From contig CBDBOV010000006.1 of assembly GCA_965208575.1 (NCBI GenBank), positions 224,001 to 288,000 of the forward strand: a stretch of DNA of 64,000 bases. Direction: 5' to 3'. The notes beneath the pieces are model-generated. The model was not told the origin of the DNA. It saw only the letters and a program-made list of their open reading frames with translations, and ran no database searches. This document shows positions 46,420 through 58,136 of the stretch, in pieces (the first letter of the stretch is position 1; the number at the start of each line of letters is the position of its first letter). Source of the stretch: Spirochaetia bacterium (lineage in GTDB: Bacteria; Spirochaetota; Spirochaetia; SZUA-6; Bin103). A program made the position numbers and the translations under genes.

Positions 46420-48903
46420 TTAGTCGCCCGGGGCGTCGTCGCCCGCGCGTGCAATTGCCGTGTGCAGCCGCTGCAGATCCGCCGCTCCGACGGAGTCGGC
46501 TTCACTGCGAGGGGCGGCTGCCAGCAGCCGCATGTGGGCGATGTCCTCGGCGTACTGTGCGCGGCGGCGGTCGTAGGTAGCGCGGTTCTTGGTGCAGATC
46601 AAGGTGTGCGGACTACCCCGGCGCTCGGTCTGGCAGTCGATGTCCAATCGCCCACTCGTGATGGCCGACTCGACGTGCAAGCGCAGATCCTGCCGCATCC
46701 TGAACCGTATCGTGGTGTCCGCCGGGTCGGCGCAGAACGCCTGCAGCCGCGCGCAGTGCTCGCAGTCACACTTGATCCGGGCCGCGATGATCCAGTCCCG
46801 CGGTTGCTCAGGCGGCGCCGCGCTACGCGCCAGCAGGAAGCTTGCCGAGTGCCGCCACAGGGTCGCGAACCCGGCGCGCCCCGCCACGGCGCCGGTCATC
46901 CCGCCGTGCGCCGCCAACTCCGCCAGGGCCTGCGGAAGCGCGCGGTCCGGCGGCGCCGCTGCCGGTTGCTGCACCAGCATGGCGGCCACTTCGTCGGCCG
47001 CGGCGGCCGGCGCACAATTCCAGGTGAGCCCCAGCAGGGCACGGATCGTCTGCGCGGTCAGCGGTCGGACGTGCGACGCCCCGCGCCGGAAACCCGGAGA
47101 AGGCTCCACCTCCGGCGCCGCGCCGACCACCACCGGCAACCTCCGGCGGACGGCGCGTGCCGCGGCGGCCAGCGCGGGCCGCCGGTGCTCGCTCGCTTCG
47201 GTGGGGGAGTCGGCGTGCGGGCACAGGCGCCACAGCAAATCGAGAACGCCCTCCGTGAAGTGCGCGAAGTTCTTCGCTGCGAAATCCGGCAGCCAAGCTT
47301 GCAGGGTTGCCGGGGCGACCACCGCCGTCGTCGCCAGCAACTCGTCATTCTCGCCGCTGCTGTAGTGCGGGATGGCAACTTCGCGCAGGAAGCGCCGCGT
47401 CGTAGCCTCGTCACCAAGGCGGCGCAGCAGGCGCAACGCGTCCCGGAGTCCCTGCTGCGCTCCGTCGGTGTCACGGCGGCGATAGAACCGCATCGAGTCC
47501 GGCTCCGGCCAGGTGTCGATAAGCTGAGCCGCGAGGCCGCACAGGTAGCGACGTGCGCTCGGATCGTTCTCCAACCGCGCCAGGTCGTCCGCGAACCAGG
47601 CGACGGCGCCCTCGATTCCGCCGCGGGCCAGCGTCCCCAAGGTCCTCCCCCGCGGCCACAGCACCAGCGCCGCGCGCCGATAGCTGCGCGATCTCTGCAC
47701 ACCCTCGTTGCCCGTCACCTTGGTGTCCTCGTGGTCCGGTTCCACGCCATCCAGCGCCCCGGCCGGAAGCAGCTCCCCGGACAGCAGGGGCAGCGCGCCA
47801 TAGTCGGGCCGCGAGCCGTCGGGAGCGACCAGTCCGTACAGCTCGCGGGTGGAGACGATCTGCTCGTCGTCCCAATCTTCGTCATCGTCCCAGTCGTAGT
47901 CGTCGGGGTTGTCCCAATCCGGGAAGTCGCCCGAATCGTCTACGGTACCCCACTCGTAGATGCTCAGGATTGCCGCGTATAGCATGTGACTGGCCCGTTG
48001 TGCTGCTCGGGCGAGCACGCGGCCGAGCGCCGCGTCGGCGTTCTTGAGCACGTCGAACGACAGGCCCTCTTCGCTGTATTGGTGCTCCAGCAGCCAGACC
48101 AGCTTGTCGCCGGCCGCCGACATGGCTTCCCAGTTCCTCAGTTGGGCCGCGAGCTGTTCCTCCTGGGCGCCGTAGTCGGGCGCGGCGCGGAGCACGGCGG
48201 CGGCAGCGCCGCGCACCACCAGGTGGAAGACGAGGACGACACGGTGACCCGCGGTGACCGGGCGGATTTCGTGGACGCAATCCGCGTAGAAGGCGGCGAA
48301 GGCGAGTTCGGAGGGCTCGTCGGTGCGCAGGTCGACGACGGCCTCTCGCTCGCGGTGACGAATGACCAGTTCGCCGCCGGTACCCGCCACCGGCAGCGAC
48401 ACCACCAGCGTTGCCACCATGCCGTCCACCTTCTCGGTGTCCCGGTGCGGAGCGAAGAAGCCGCCCGTTTCGTACACCAGCAGCTTGTACAGCTCCGCCG
48501 ACGTGCGCTCGGGAGGGCAGCCGAGTCCTGTGGCCGCCTGCCCCACCACCGTCGCCAGCGTGTCGTGCCATGCGCCGCCGGTAATGCGCACCTGCGCCGC
48601 ATCGACTTGCCGGCACGCACGCACGGAGCTGTCCACCAGCGTCTCCTCACCCCTGCCGTACGGCGCCGGCTCTGCCGCCGCGGCCAGCGAACGCGCCTGC
48701 TCCTCGGTGATCGGAAAGGACAGCGAACGCGACCCTTCCACCTCGATACGCGGCATCGGCGCCAGCAGCCGGCCCTGCATGCAGTAATCTCCGGGCCGGT
48801 CGATGGTGCGCAGCAGCACTTCCAGCAACTCCTGCCGCTCGTTGTAAGCGATCCTCAATCTCCGCACGCTTCCGCCCCTCCTCCAGCTACGGGCTTCCAC
48901 CAC
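46420..48903 (-). CDS. Large 2OG-Fe(II) oxygenase family protein
   Basis: APYGRG, YKLLVYETGGFFAPHRDTEK (HxD), CVHEIRPV..GHR; C-terminal CDCEHC; start may be GTG ~48867. Confidence 0.85.
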   Translation of the reverse strand: MVEARSWRRGGSVRRLRIAYNERQELLEVLLRTIDRPGDYCMQGRLLAPMPRIEVEGSRSLSFPITEEQARSLAAAAEPAPYGRGEETLVDSSVRACRQVDAAQVRITGGAWHDTLATVVGQAATGLGCPPERTSAELYKLLVYETGGFFAPHRDTEKVDGMVATLVVSLPVAGTGGELVIRHREREAVVDLRTDEPSELAFAAFYADCVHEIRPVTAGHRVVLVFHLVVRGAAAAVLRAAPDYGAQEEQLAAQLRNWEAMSAAGDKLVWLLEHQYSEEGLSFDVLKNADAALGRVLARAAQRASHMLYAAILSIYEWGTVDDSGDFPDWDNPDDYDWDDDEDWDDEQIVSTRELYGLVAPDGSRPDYGALPLLSGELLPAGALDGVEPDHEDTKVTGNEGVQRSRSYRRAALVLWPRGRTLGTLARGGIEGAVAWFADDLARLENDPSARRYLCGLAAQLIDTWPEPDSMRFYRRRDTDGAQQGLRDALRLLRRLGDEATTRRFLREVAIPHYSSGENDELLATTAVVAPATLQAWLPDFAAKNFAHFTEGVLDLLWRLCPHADSPTEASEHRRPALAAAARAVRRRLPVVVGAAPEVEPSPGFRRGASHVRPLTAQTIRALLGLTWNCAPAAAADEVAAMLVQQPAAAPPDRALPQALAELAAHGGMTGAVAGRAGFATLWRHSASFLLARSAAPPEQPRDWIIAARIKCDCEHCARLQAFCADPADTTIRFRMRQDLRLHVESAITSGRLDIDCQTERRGSPHTLICTKNRATYDRRRAQYAEDIAHMRLLAAAPRSEADSVGAADLQRLHTAIARAGDDAPGD

Positions 48904-48977
48904 GCAGCCGCAACACTTGATGATGCTTCACCCTTGGGAGTAATATAGGGTATATTTCTGACAAGAAGAAGACCGCG

Positions 48978-49583
48978 ATGAACACTGCCGACAGGATCAT
49001 GAAGAAGGTAACGGCACGGCCCGTTGGACAGTGGGTGTGCACGCCGAAGGATTTCCTGGATCTCGGGAGCCGGGAGGCTATCGACCAGGCACTGTCGCGC
49101 CTCGTGAAGGCGGGACGGCTACGCCGCGTCGGCCACGGGCTGTACGACCGGCCCCGGATCAGCAAGGTACTGAAGCGTCCGGCACCTGTCGATATGGACT
49201 CGGCCATAGCAGCGGTCGCCCGGCGCGACGGTATCCGAATCATGCCTGACGGATTGGCGGCCGCGAACCAGTTGGGGCTGACGAACGCGGTTCCCGCAAG
49301 ATTCAGCTTCATGACCGATGGCCACTCGAGATTTCTCAAGATCGACGGACGCACGGTTCGGTTTCGTCATGCGGGACCGAGCGTCATGCGGTGGGCGGGG
49401 AAACCTGCCGGTGCGGTCGTTCAGGCGCTTCGGTGGCTCGGCCCTGACGCCGCCTCGGACGCCCATGTCGTGTCGACTCTGAATCGCAATCTCCCAGGCC
49501 ATGTGAAAGTGGACCTTTTGAATCACCTCCGCGATCTACCCGGATGGGCTCTTCCGCTAGCACGGCGCCTGGAGAGTGATTAA
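48978..49583 (+). CDS. DUF6088/AbiEi-like antitoxin
   Basis: DFLDLGSREAIDQALSRL...RVGHGLYD; ANQLGLTNAVPA. Confidence 0.88.
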   Translation: MNTADRIMKKVTARPVGQWVCTPKDFLDLGSREAIDQALSRLVKAGRLRRVGHGLYDRPRISKVLKRPAPVDMDSAIAAVARRDGIRIMPDGLAAANQLGLTNAVPARFSFMTDGHSRFLKIDGRTVRFRHAGPSVMRWAGKPAGAVVQALRWLGPDAASDAHVVSTLNRNLPGHVKVDLLNHLRDLPGWALPLARRLESD

Positions 49584-49595
49584 CACCCGCTACCC

Positions 49596-50642
49596 ATGGC
49601 TGGAGGTATAAGGAAGCTTCTCTCCGCCCCGGAGCAGGACAGAAGGGATATCTTGGAAGCGACGGCAAGTCGCCTCGACACGTTGCCGGGCTACGTGGAG
49701 AAGGATCTCTGGGTGTGCATCGTCCTGGACTTGCTCTACAACCGGTTGCCTGCCGGACACCCGAACCTCCTCTTCAAGGGCGGCACGTCATTGTCAAAGG
49801 CGTTTGGGCTGATCGACCGGTTCTCCGAAGACATCGACATCGTCGTCTCCCGTGATGGCCTCGGCTTCTCAGGAGTTCGCGACCCCGCCGCGACCGCCAA
49901 CGCAATGTCGAACAAGAAACGAGCGGCCCTGTTCGAGGAACTCAGGAATAGATGCAGCGCATACATGAACGGCGAACTACAAACAGCTCTTGCGAACCAG
50001 CTCGCAGCGATCGCCGGTGAGTGCAGAGTGCTGCCGGACCTTGGAGACGCGGACGGACAGACGATTCTTGTCGAGTATCCGACCCTGTACCCGAGTCGCG
50101 AAGTCGACTACGTGGCGCCACGGGTGCGGATCGAGGCGGGGGCAAGATCGGCGGTCGTACCAAACTTGACCTGTGCGGTTCGCCCCCTCGTCGCCGACGA
50201 ACTGCCTGATTGGTCGCTCGATGTCGGCAGCATCAACGTGATCGCACCTGAACGCACCTACTGGGAGAAGCTGCTGATCCTGCACGGGTTGCACTGCGGA
50301 TACCGAGATGCGGGACGACTGCCACACGACAGGCACCGGATCTCCCGCCACTACTACGATGTCGCGATGATCACCCCAACCGACCGCGGCAAGTTTGCGT
50401 TGTCCAATTTCGAACTGCTGGAAGCCGTCAGGAACCACAATCTCATCGCATTCCGGCAAGCCTGGAAACGTTTCGAAGAAGCGACTCCCGGCTCGGTGCA
50501 ACTGGTCCCACAGCCTGAATTGAGAGCCGCTATTGAACCAGACTACGGCGCCATGCGGGACATGATTCTCGGCAATGTGCCGAACTTCGACTGGATCATG
50601 GAACAGATCGAGTACGCCGAAGCGACCATCAATCGAAACTGA
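49596..50642 (+). CDS. AbiEii/AbiGii nucleotidyltransferase toxin
   Basis: VEKDLWV, FKGGTSLSKAFGLIDRFSEDIDI, RTYWEK, SRHYYD. Confidence 0.92.
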   Translation: MAGGIRKLLSAPEQDRRDILEATASRLDTLPGYVEKDLWVCIVLDLLYNRLPAGHPNLLFKGGTSLSKAFGLIDRFSEDIDIVVSRDGLGFSGVRDPAATANAMSNKKRAALFEELRNRCSAYMNGELQTALANQLAAIAGECRVLPDLGDADGQTILVEYPTLYPSREVDYVAPRVRIEAGARSAVVPNLTCAVRPLVADELPDWSLDVGSINVIAPERTYWEKLLILHGLHCGYRDAGRLPHDRHRISRHYYDVAMITPTDRGKFALSNFELLEAVRNHNLIAFRQAWKRFEEATPGSVQLVPQPELRAAIEPDYGAMRDMILGNVPNFDWIMEQIEYAEATINRN

Positions 50643-50674
50643 GAAGAGGCCTCACGGCGGCATGTCCGACGTAA

Positions 50675-51796
<1,122 letters not shown>

Positions 51797-51826
51797 CCCG
51801 ACTCCCTCGCATCAACAGCCGCCGCA

Positions 51827-52822
51827 TCAATCGAACCTGATTCGGGGATCGGCCAGCGCCAGCAGCACGTCGGCGAGCAGGTTGCCGATCAGCAGCAGGA
51901 TGCCCAGCACCATCAGGATGGTGGTGCTCACGTACAGGTCCAGGCTGCGCAGTGAGTCCAGCAGCAGCGGCCCCAGCGTCGGCAGCCCGAGCACGATGGA
52001 ACCGACCACCTCGCCCGACAGGATGAGCGGGAACTGCATCCCGAACAGGCTGATCAGCGGGTTCACCGCCACCCGGAAGGCGTGCTTGAGCACCACCGCC
52101 GGCTCCGCCAGCCCCTTGGCGCGCGCCGTGCGCACGTACTCGTCCTGCAGCCCGTCGAGCATGTTGGCGCGCGTGATGCGCACGATCTTGGCCAGCCCCT
52201 CGGTGCCGATCACCAGCACCGGCAGGATCAGCCCGCGCCCGGCGTCCAGCAGCTTGCCCAGGCTCCACGGCGCGTCCACGTACTCGGGCGAGAACAGCCC
52301 CTGCGGCGGCGGAATGTCGAAGAAGAACAGCAGCCCCACCAGCACCAGCAGCGCCAGGAAGAAGTTGGGAATCGACAGCCCGATGAACGCCACCACGCTC
52401 ACTGCGTAGTCGGACACGCCGTATTGCCGGTACGCGGTCCACAGCCCGATCGGCACCCCCACCACGTACATGAAGATCAGCGCCGACGACGAGATGGCGA
52501 TCGAGTACAGCAGCCGCTGCCCGATCAGGTCGGACACCGGGCGGAAGTTGTTGAACGACACGCCGAACTCGCCGCGCAGGAAGTTCGCCAGCCAGACGAA
52601 GAAGCGCAGGAAGAAGTTGCGGTCCAGGCCGTACAGCGTGCGCAACTGGTCGGTGCGCGCCTCGGCGGCGTCGACCGAGTAGTTGTAGGTGACCACCAGC
52701 GCCTGTTCGTAGCGGGTGAGCGGATCGCCCGGCGCGATCTCCAGGATGAGAAACACCACGAAACTCATCAGCACGAACGTGGGGATGAAGTTCAGCAACC
52801 GCCGAATCAGGTAAGTGGCCAT
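51827..52822 (-). CDS. oppB: Family-5 ABC permease (OppB-like)
   Basis: APGDP, YVRTARAKGL, DPRIRF. Confidence 0.92.
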   Translation of the reverse strand: MATYLIRRLLNFIPTFVLMSFVVFLILEIAPGDPLTRYEQALVVTYNYSVDAAEARTDQLRTLYGLDRNFFLRFFVWLANFLRGEFGVSFNNFRPVSDLIGQRLLYSIAISSSALIFMYVVGVPIGLWTAYRQYGVSDYAVSVVAFIGLSIPNFFLALLVLVGLLFFFDIPPPQGLFSPEYVDAPWSLGKLLDAGRGLILPVLVIGTEGLAKIVRITRANMLDGLQDEYVRTARAKGLAEPAVVLKHAFRVAVNPLISLFGMQFPLILSGEVVGSIVLGLPTLGPLLLDSLRSLDLYVSTTILMVLGILLLIGNLLADVLLALADPRIRFD

Positions 52823-52844
52823 GCTGGTATGGGGGCAGAAACGA

Positions 52845-52881
52845 CCGGCGGCCGCGCGCGTGGCAGGCGCACGGCCGCCGG
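52845..52881. terminator. Intercistronic stem-loop between binding protein and permease
   Basis: Perfect 10-bp arms ccggcggccg / cggccgccgg; no U tract. Confidence 0.55.
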
Positions 52882-52896
52882 ACCTTCAGAGTACGA

Positions 52897-54819
52897 CTAC
52901 TCCTGGATGAACCACTGATCCGGCATCAGCGGAATGTGGTCGGCGTTGTCGATCACGATCTCCTCCGCCGTCGGCACGTTCTGCAGCCGGTTGTGCACGA
53001 TCACCATCAGCGGCACGTCGTGCGCCGCCCAGATGCCGAGGTTGTTCTCGGCGCGCAGGCGCTGGTGCTCCTTCATCAGCATGCCCACCTTGTCGGCGTC
53101 CACCGTGGTGATGATCTCGTCGGTCAGGTCCCAGATCCGCTGCAGGTCGTCGGGCGGATCCTCGACGAACAGCGGGCTCTGGTAGCCGGGCATGATCGGC
53201 CCCTCGTTGAGCCGGAACTGCGGGAACAGCAGGTCGGTGGTGCCGAACGTCACCGCGTGGAACTGCAGGTCGCGGATACCGCTGAACATCAGGCTGCGGG
53301 TCTGCAGGTGCAGCCGCGCGTCGATGCCCACCGCCTTCCAGTCTGCCACCACCATCTCCGCCAGGTTGACGTGCGCGGTGATCTCGGAAGCCGCGCCGAG
53401 CAGGAAGGTCACGTTGCCGCCGTCTTCGTACTGCAGCATGCCGTCGCCGTTCTGGTCCTTCAGGCCCAGCTCGCCGAGCAGTTGGCGCGCCTTGTCGGGG
53501 TCGTATTCGGCGTTGATCTGAGCGATGGTCGCCATCTCGCCGTCCCAGTAGGGAGAGGCGGTGCTGATACCGAGGTTGGCCTCCTTGGCGAGCCCAAGGA
53601 ACAGCAGGTCATTGATCGCCTCGCGGTTCAGCGCCACGCTCAGCGCGTTGCGGAACTCGACCGTGCGCAGCAGCACGCGCAGTTGCGCATAGTCCTCGTC
53701 CTTGAGGTCGTAGTTCAGCCAGATCTCGTTGCCGGTGGTGAAGTTGTCGCCGATACCGACGCGCAGCTCGTAGTTGCCGTCGGCCTCGCTGGCCTTCAGC
53801 ATCGGCAGGTTCTCGAGCACCTGGAAGTTGCGCTCCGCCAGGTCCACCTCGCCGGCGATGCCGCGCAGGATCGCCGCCTCCTGGTCGGCGAGCATCTGGA
53901 ACCGCATCTTGTCGATGTAGGGCAACTGGTTGCCGGCCGTATCCACCTTCCAGTAGTACGGGTTGCGCTCCATGACCGCCTCTTCGGCCGGGTTGTACTT
54001 GGTCAGTTTGAAGGCGGTGTGGGTCGGGATGCTGGTGTTGACCGGGCCGTACTCGCTTTGGAAGTCCTCCCAGGTCTTGCCGCTGGTGTGATCCGGGTGG
54101 AACTGCTTGAAATAGTGCGACGGGGCGAGCAGCGCGCCGTACTCCGAGCGGGTGGCGCCGTACAGGACGTTCAGGAACCACGGGTTGGGGCCGGCGAACT
54201 CGAAGCGGATGGTGTGGTCGTCGATCTGGATCACCTCCATCGTCTCGCCGTTCACCTTGTAACGGGCCGGCACCGTGGGCTGGAAGCCCTCGTTCATCTG
54301 CACCTCGTTCCACATGAACATGATGTCGTGGACGCCCAGCGGCTCGCCGTCGGACCACTTGACGCCTTCGCGCAGCACCACCGTGATGCCGGCCGCGTCG
54401 TCGTCCCACTCCCAGCTCTTGGCGATGCCGGGTCCCCAGCCTTCCAGGCCGTTGGGCGTGATGGTGCCCAGGTCGAGATAGCTGCGCGAGATCAGGCCGC
54501 CGTAGAGGCCGGTCTTGTACAGCACCCACTTGTCGGCGTCGCCGAGCTGGAAGCCGCGGAAGGTGCCGCCGTAGGTGCCGATGCGGTCCACCACCTCCTG
54601 CACCAGCGGTTCGGCCGGCAGCCGTTCCTCGACCGGTGGCAGGTCGCCGCTGGCCACCATGGCGGCGAGCATGGGCGACTCGTTGTAGCCGCCCATGTCG
54701 GTGGCGGCGGCCGCGGACGCGGTGGTCGACTCCTCTGCGGTACTGCCGGCGAAGCCGACGGTGGCCAGTGCCGGGAGCAGCAGCAGCGTCAGAATCCAGG
54801 TCAATGCTGTCTTTCGCAT
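52897..54819 (-). CDS. Family-5 ABC transporter substrate-binding protein
   Basis: Signal peptide; ESPMLA..LPPVEERLP; LREGVKWSDG; GNQLPYID; RBS aggagg. Confidence 0.93.
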   Translation of the reverse strand: MRKTALTWILTLLLLPALATVGFAGSTAEESTTASAAAATDMGGYNESPMLAAMVASGDLPPVEERLPAEPLVQEVVDRIGTYGGTFRGFQLGDADKWVLYKTGLYGGLISRSYLDLGTITPNGLEGWGPGIAKSWEWDDDAAGITVVLREGVKWSDGEPLGVHDIMFMWNEVQMNEGFQPTVPARYKVNGETMEVIQIDDHTIRFEFAGPNPWFLNVLYGATRSEYGALLAPSHYFKQFHPDHTSGKTWEDFQSEYGPVNTSIPTHTAFKLTKYNPAEEAVMERNPYYWKVDTAGNQLPYIDKMRFQMLADQEAAILRGIAGEVDLAERNFQVLENLPMLKASEADGNYELRVGIGDNFTTGNEIWLNYDLKDEDYAQLRVLLRTVEFRNALSVALNREAINDLLFLGLAKEANLGISTASPYWDGEMATIAQINAEYDPDKARQLLGELGLKDQNGDGMLQYEDGGNVTFLLGAASEITAHVNLAEMVVADWKAVGIDARLHLQTRSLMFSGIRDLQFHAVTFGTTDLLFPQFRLNEGPIMPGYQSPLFVEDPPDDLQRIWDLTDEIITTVDADKVGMLMKEHQRLRAENNLGIWAAHDVPLMVIVHNRLQNVPTAEEIVIDNADHIPLMPDQWFIQE

Positions 54820-55015
54820 TGTAACCTCCTGTCGTTTTTGCCGGGCGGCAGCCTGCATGTCGGTCCCACCGTTGCGTATCACCTGCCGGGCGGCTGTTGT
54901 CGTCATTACAAGCCGTCCGCGCGCTCCGGTCAAGCTCGTGCCCGATGCCGTCGATGCCGTCGATGCCTTGGATGAGGTCGATGCAGCGGCGCGGGTGCTC
55001 TGCTATGGTGGGGCG

Positions 55016-56449
55016 ATGAACGTAGAGCGTGCGCTGCTGTTCTTCGACGACCAGTACCTGGACCGGCGCGACAACCTGGCCCGCCGCCTCGGGCAGCCGG
55101 TTCCGGTGCCGGCGGGCACCTGGCGCGACCCCGACCTGGACCCGTCGTGGGGCTATCCGAGCGTGTTCCGCGACCCCGATTCGGGGCTGTGGCGCTGCCT
55201 GTACCAGGCCCAGCTCCCGCGCAGCTTCGTGCCGGAGGGCGGCCGGTTGCGCCACCTGGCGCTGGTGGTGGAGAGCGAGGAGGGCGTGCACTGGCGCGCG
55301 CCCGACCTGACCAAGGCGGTGCCGATGGAAGGCCGCGTGCGCCCGCACCAGGTGCTGCCGCTGGCCGGCTTCGGGGAGTGGGGGCCGTGCTTCCACGACG
55401 CGCAGGCGGAGGACCCGGCCGAGCGCCTGAAGGCGTTCGTCAGCTACCGCGACCCGGACGGCACCAGTGCGCCGCTGTACGTGTCCGGCGACGGCCTCTC
55501 GTGGCGCCTGCTGCCGGGCCGGAGCTGGCACCCGACCGGCATCGATCCGGCGGTGTCGGGGTTCTGGAACCCGGTGCGCGGCAGCTACGTGATCGCCGCC
55601 CGCCCGAGCTGGGGCGACCGCCGCATCGCCGTGTACGAAACGCGCGACTGGCGCACCTTCTCGGCGCCCGAGGTGGCGATGCGCCCGGACGGCGAGGACA
55701 CGCCGGCGGCGCAGGTGTACGGCATGCCGGTGTTCCCCTACGCCCACCTGTTTATCGGCTTCCTGTGGATCTACCACACCACGCCGGTAGTCGGCGGCGG
55801 CAAGTTCATCGAGGGCAAGGTGGACTGCCAGCTCGCCTACAGCTACAACGGCTGGCACTTCCAGCGCTGCCAGCGGGCGGCCATCCTGCCCAATGCCGCC
55901 CCGGGCGAGCCCGGCTACGGCTGCATCTACCCCTCCAGCCTGGTGGTGACCGACGACAATGTGATCCGCATCTACTCCAGCTCCTCGGAGGGCGAGCACG
56001 CGCAGCGGCTGTCGGAACCGGAGCGGGGCGAAGGCCGCCTGCTGCTGCACGAGCTGCGCCTGGACGGTTTCGTCTACCTGGAGCCGCCCGGCGGCCCCGG
56101 CTCGCTGACCACCCGCCCGCTGCACCTGCGCGGCGACCGCCTCACCGTCAACGTGCAGGCGCCGCAGGGCCGGCTGCGGATGCAGGTCACCGGCCCCGAC
56201 TGCCGCCCGCTGGACGGCTACGCCTACGACGACTGCGCCGCCTTCACCGGCGACGCGCACGCCTGGCAGCCGGTATGGCGCGGCGGCCGCACCATCGGCG
56301 CCCTGTCCGGCCAGGTGATCCGCCTCGAGGCGGAGCTGTTCAACGGCCGGCTATACGCCCTCCGCGGCGACCTACGTCCCACCTCACCGGCCGGACTGCG
56401 CTCCTGGACGGAAACCGGAGAGGCTCCCACGACTCTGCAGGAAGCGTGA
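55016..56449 (+). CDS. Glycoside hydrolase-like beta-propeller protein (GH32/43/130-like fold)
   Basis: LFFDD N-terminus, Asp-box-like ESEEGVHW and SGDGLSW, LRLDGFV...LTTRPL beta-sandwich. Confidence 0.7.
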   Translation: MNVERALLFFDDQYLDRRDNLARRLGQPVPVPAGTWRDPDLDPSWGYPSVFRDPDSGLWRCLYQAQLPRSFVPEGGRLRHLALVVESEEGVHWRAPDLTKAVPMEGRVRPHQVLPLAGFGEWGPCFHDAQAEDPAERLKAFVSYRDPDGTSAPLYVSGDGLSWRLLPGRSWHPTGIDPAVSGFWNPVRGSYVIAARPSWGDRRIAVYETRDWRTFSAPEVAMRPDGEDTPAAQVYGMPVFPYAHLFIGFLWIYHTTPVVGGGKFIEGKVDCQLAYSYNGWHFQRCQRAAILPNAAPGEPGYGCIYPSSLVVTDDNVIRIYSSSSEGEHAQRLSEPERGEGRLLLHELRLDGFVYLEPPGGPGSLTTRPLHLRGDRLTVNVQAPQGRLRMQVTGPDCRPLDGYAYDDCAAFTGDAHAWQPVWRGGRTIGALSGQVIRLEAELFNGRLYALRGDLRPTSPAGLRSWTETGEAPTTLQEA

Positions 56450-56545
56450 ACGAACTCGCGACACTCCAACATCGATACCGCGATTGTCTTGTTGACAGCG
56501 CCACCTACCGATAGTATTGAAACGTGCCGGTGGAGGTAACGGACT

Positions 56546-56896
56546 ATGGCGGCTCGCGATAAGAGCAACGTGGTCAGGTTCAGTGCAAAGCGCTCTCTGG
56601 TCAAGATTGGACTAAGCGAGTCCCGATTCGACAACTTCCTGTCTGGCTGCCGCATGGTGTTCTCGTTCGGTGATGATGTGGTTTACGAACCCCGCTCTCA
56701 AGACGCCGAGATCGGGGAGGTTTGGGGTTCCGTTGGGAACTTCATCGCTGAGGCGATGCAAGGAGCCGCCGGGGCAGACCCCGAGCTACCAGGACTCCCC
56801 GAAGACCTGTTCTCCGCACCCGTCAGCGGCGTAATAGTAAACAAACGGGAGCAGTCGTCAGCACCCGAAGGTCATGTCCCCGTCGGAGTCTCTTGA
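56546..56896 (+). CDS. Hypothetical protein (116 aa), lower GC
   Basis: ggagg RBS and TTGACA at 56492; FLSG..VFSF...DAEIGEVWGSVGNFIAEAM. Confidence 0.55.
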   Translation: MAARDKSNVVRFSAKRSLVKIGLSESRFDNFLSGCRMVFSFGDDVVYEPRSQDAEIGEVWGSVGNFIAEAMQGAAGADPELPGLPEDLFSAPVSGVIVNKREQSSAPEGHVPVGVS

Positions 56897-57029
56897 ACGC
56901 CTCGCCGCCCGACTCTCAGCAGGGCCCCTCGGCACCCGAGCCTCAGGCGAGCACTCCTCCTGAACCACCAGCTGACCCGCCGGATCAGCCAAGTCCTGTA
57001 TGCCCGCGCATGCCGACGTTTGTCGCCCC

Positions 57030-58136
57030 TCAGTCGGGAACAGGCACGTCGACGCCGCGCAGGTCGAGGTCGGCGGCGAAGTGGCAGGCGGTCCACTGCT
57101 CGCCGCTGGACGGCCGGAGTTCCGGCACTTCGGTGCTGCAGCGCGGCATGCGGTCCGCCTGCGGGGCGTAGGAGCAGCGGGTGTGGAACCGGCAGCCGTT
57201 CGGCGGGTTGGCCGGCGACGGCACGCCGCCCTCCAGGATGATGCGCTCGCGCTGCACGTCGGGATCAGGTACCTGCACCGCCGACAGCAGCGCCTCCGTG
57301 TATGGGTGCCGCGGGTTGCGGTACAGGTCCTCGCCACGCGCCAGCTCCACCAGCCGGCCCAGGTACATCACCGCCACCCAGTCGCTGATGTGCTCCACCA
57401 CCGACAGGTCGTGGGCAATGAACACGTAGGTCAGACCAAGCTCCGCCTGCAGGTCCTCCAGCAGGTTGAGCACCTGGCCCTGGATCGACACGTCCAGCGC
57501 CGACACCGGCTCGTCGGCGATCACCAGCTTCGGGTTCAGGGCCAGGGCGCGCGCGATGCCGATGCGCTGCCGCTGGCCGGCCGAGAACTGGTGCGGGTAG
57601 CGGGCGCGCTGCTCGGGACGCAGCCCCACTTGCCCCATCAGGGTGACCACGCGCTCCTCGATCTCCTCTTTCGAGCCGCCGATGTTGTGGATCAGGAACG
57701 GCTCGGTCAGGATCTGCTGCACCGTCATGCGCGGGTTGAGCGACGAGTTGGGGTCCTGGAAGATCATCTGCACCTCGCGGCGCACCCGCTTCAGGCGCTG
57801 CCGGTCCAGCGTGGCCAGGTCGACCATCGACTGTTCGGCCGCCAGGCCCTCCGCCGCCAGCCGCTCGCTACGGAACAGCGCCTGCCCCGCGGTGGGCTCC
57901 TCCAGGCGCAGGATGGTGCGCCCCACCGTGGTCTTGCCGCAGCCGCTCTCCCCCACCAGGCCCAGCGTCTCGCCCTCGCGCACCGTGAAGGAAACGTCGT
58001 CCACCGCCTTCACCTCGCCCACCTTGCGGCGCAGGATGCCGCCCTCCACCGGAAAGTACTTCTTGAGGTTCCTGACCTCCAGCAGCGGGGCGCCGACGCC
58101 GCGCGCCGGACTGTCCGCAACGGCGGCGCCCATCAT
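57030..58136 (-). CDS. oppF: ABC ATP-binding protein (OppF/DppF-like)
   Basis: [25 protein letters not shown]-terminal CRFHTRC; start at ATG 58136. Confidence 0.93.
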   Translation of the reverse strand: MMGAAVADSPARGVGAPLLEVRNLKKYFPVEGGILRRKVGEVKAVDDVSFTVREGETLGLVGESGCGKTTVGRTILRLEEPTAGQALFRSERLAAEGLAAEQSMVDLATLDRQRLKRVRREVQMIFQDPNSSLNPRMTVQQILTEPFLIHNIGGSKEEIEERVVTLMGQVGLRPEQRARYPHQFSAGQRQRIGIARALALNPKLVIADEPVSALDVSIQGQVLNLLEDLQAELGLTYVFIAHDLSVVEHISDWVAVMYLGRLVELARGEDLYRNPRHPYTEALLSAVQVPDPDVQRERIILEGGVPSPANPPNGCRFHTRCSYAPQADRMPRCSTEVPELRPSSGEQWTACHFAADLDLRGVDVPVPD

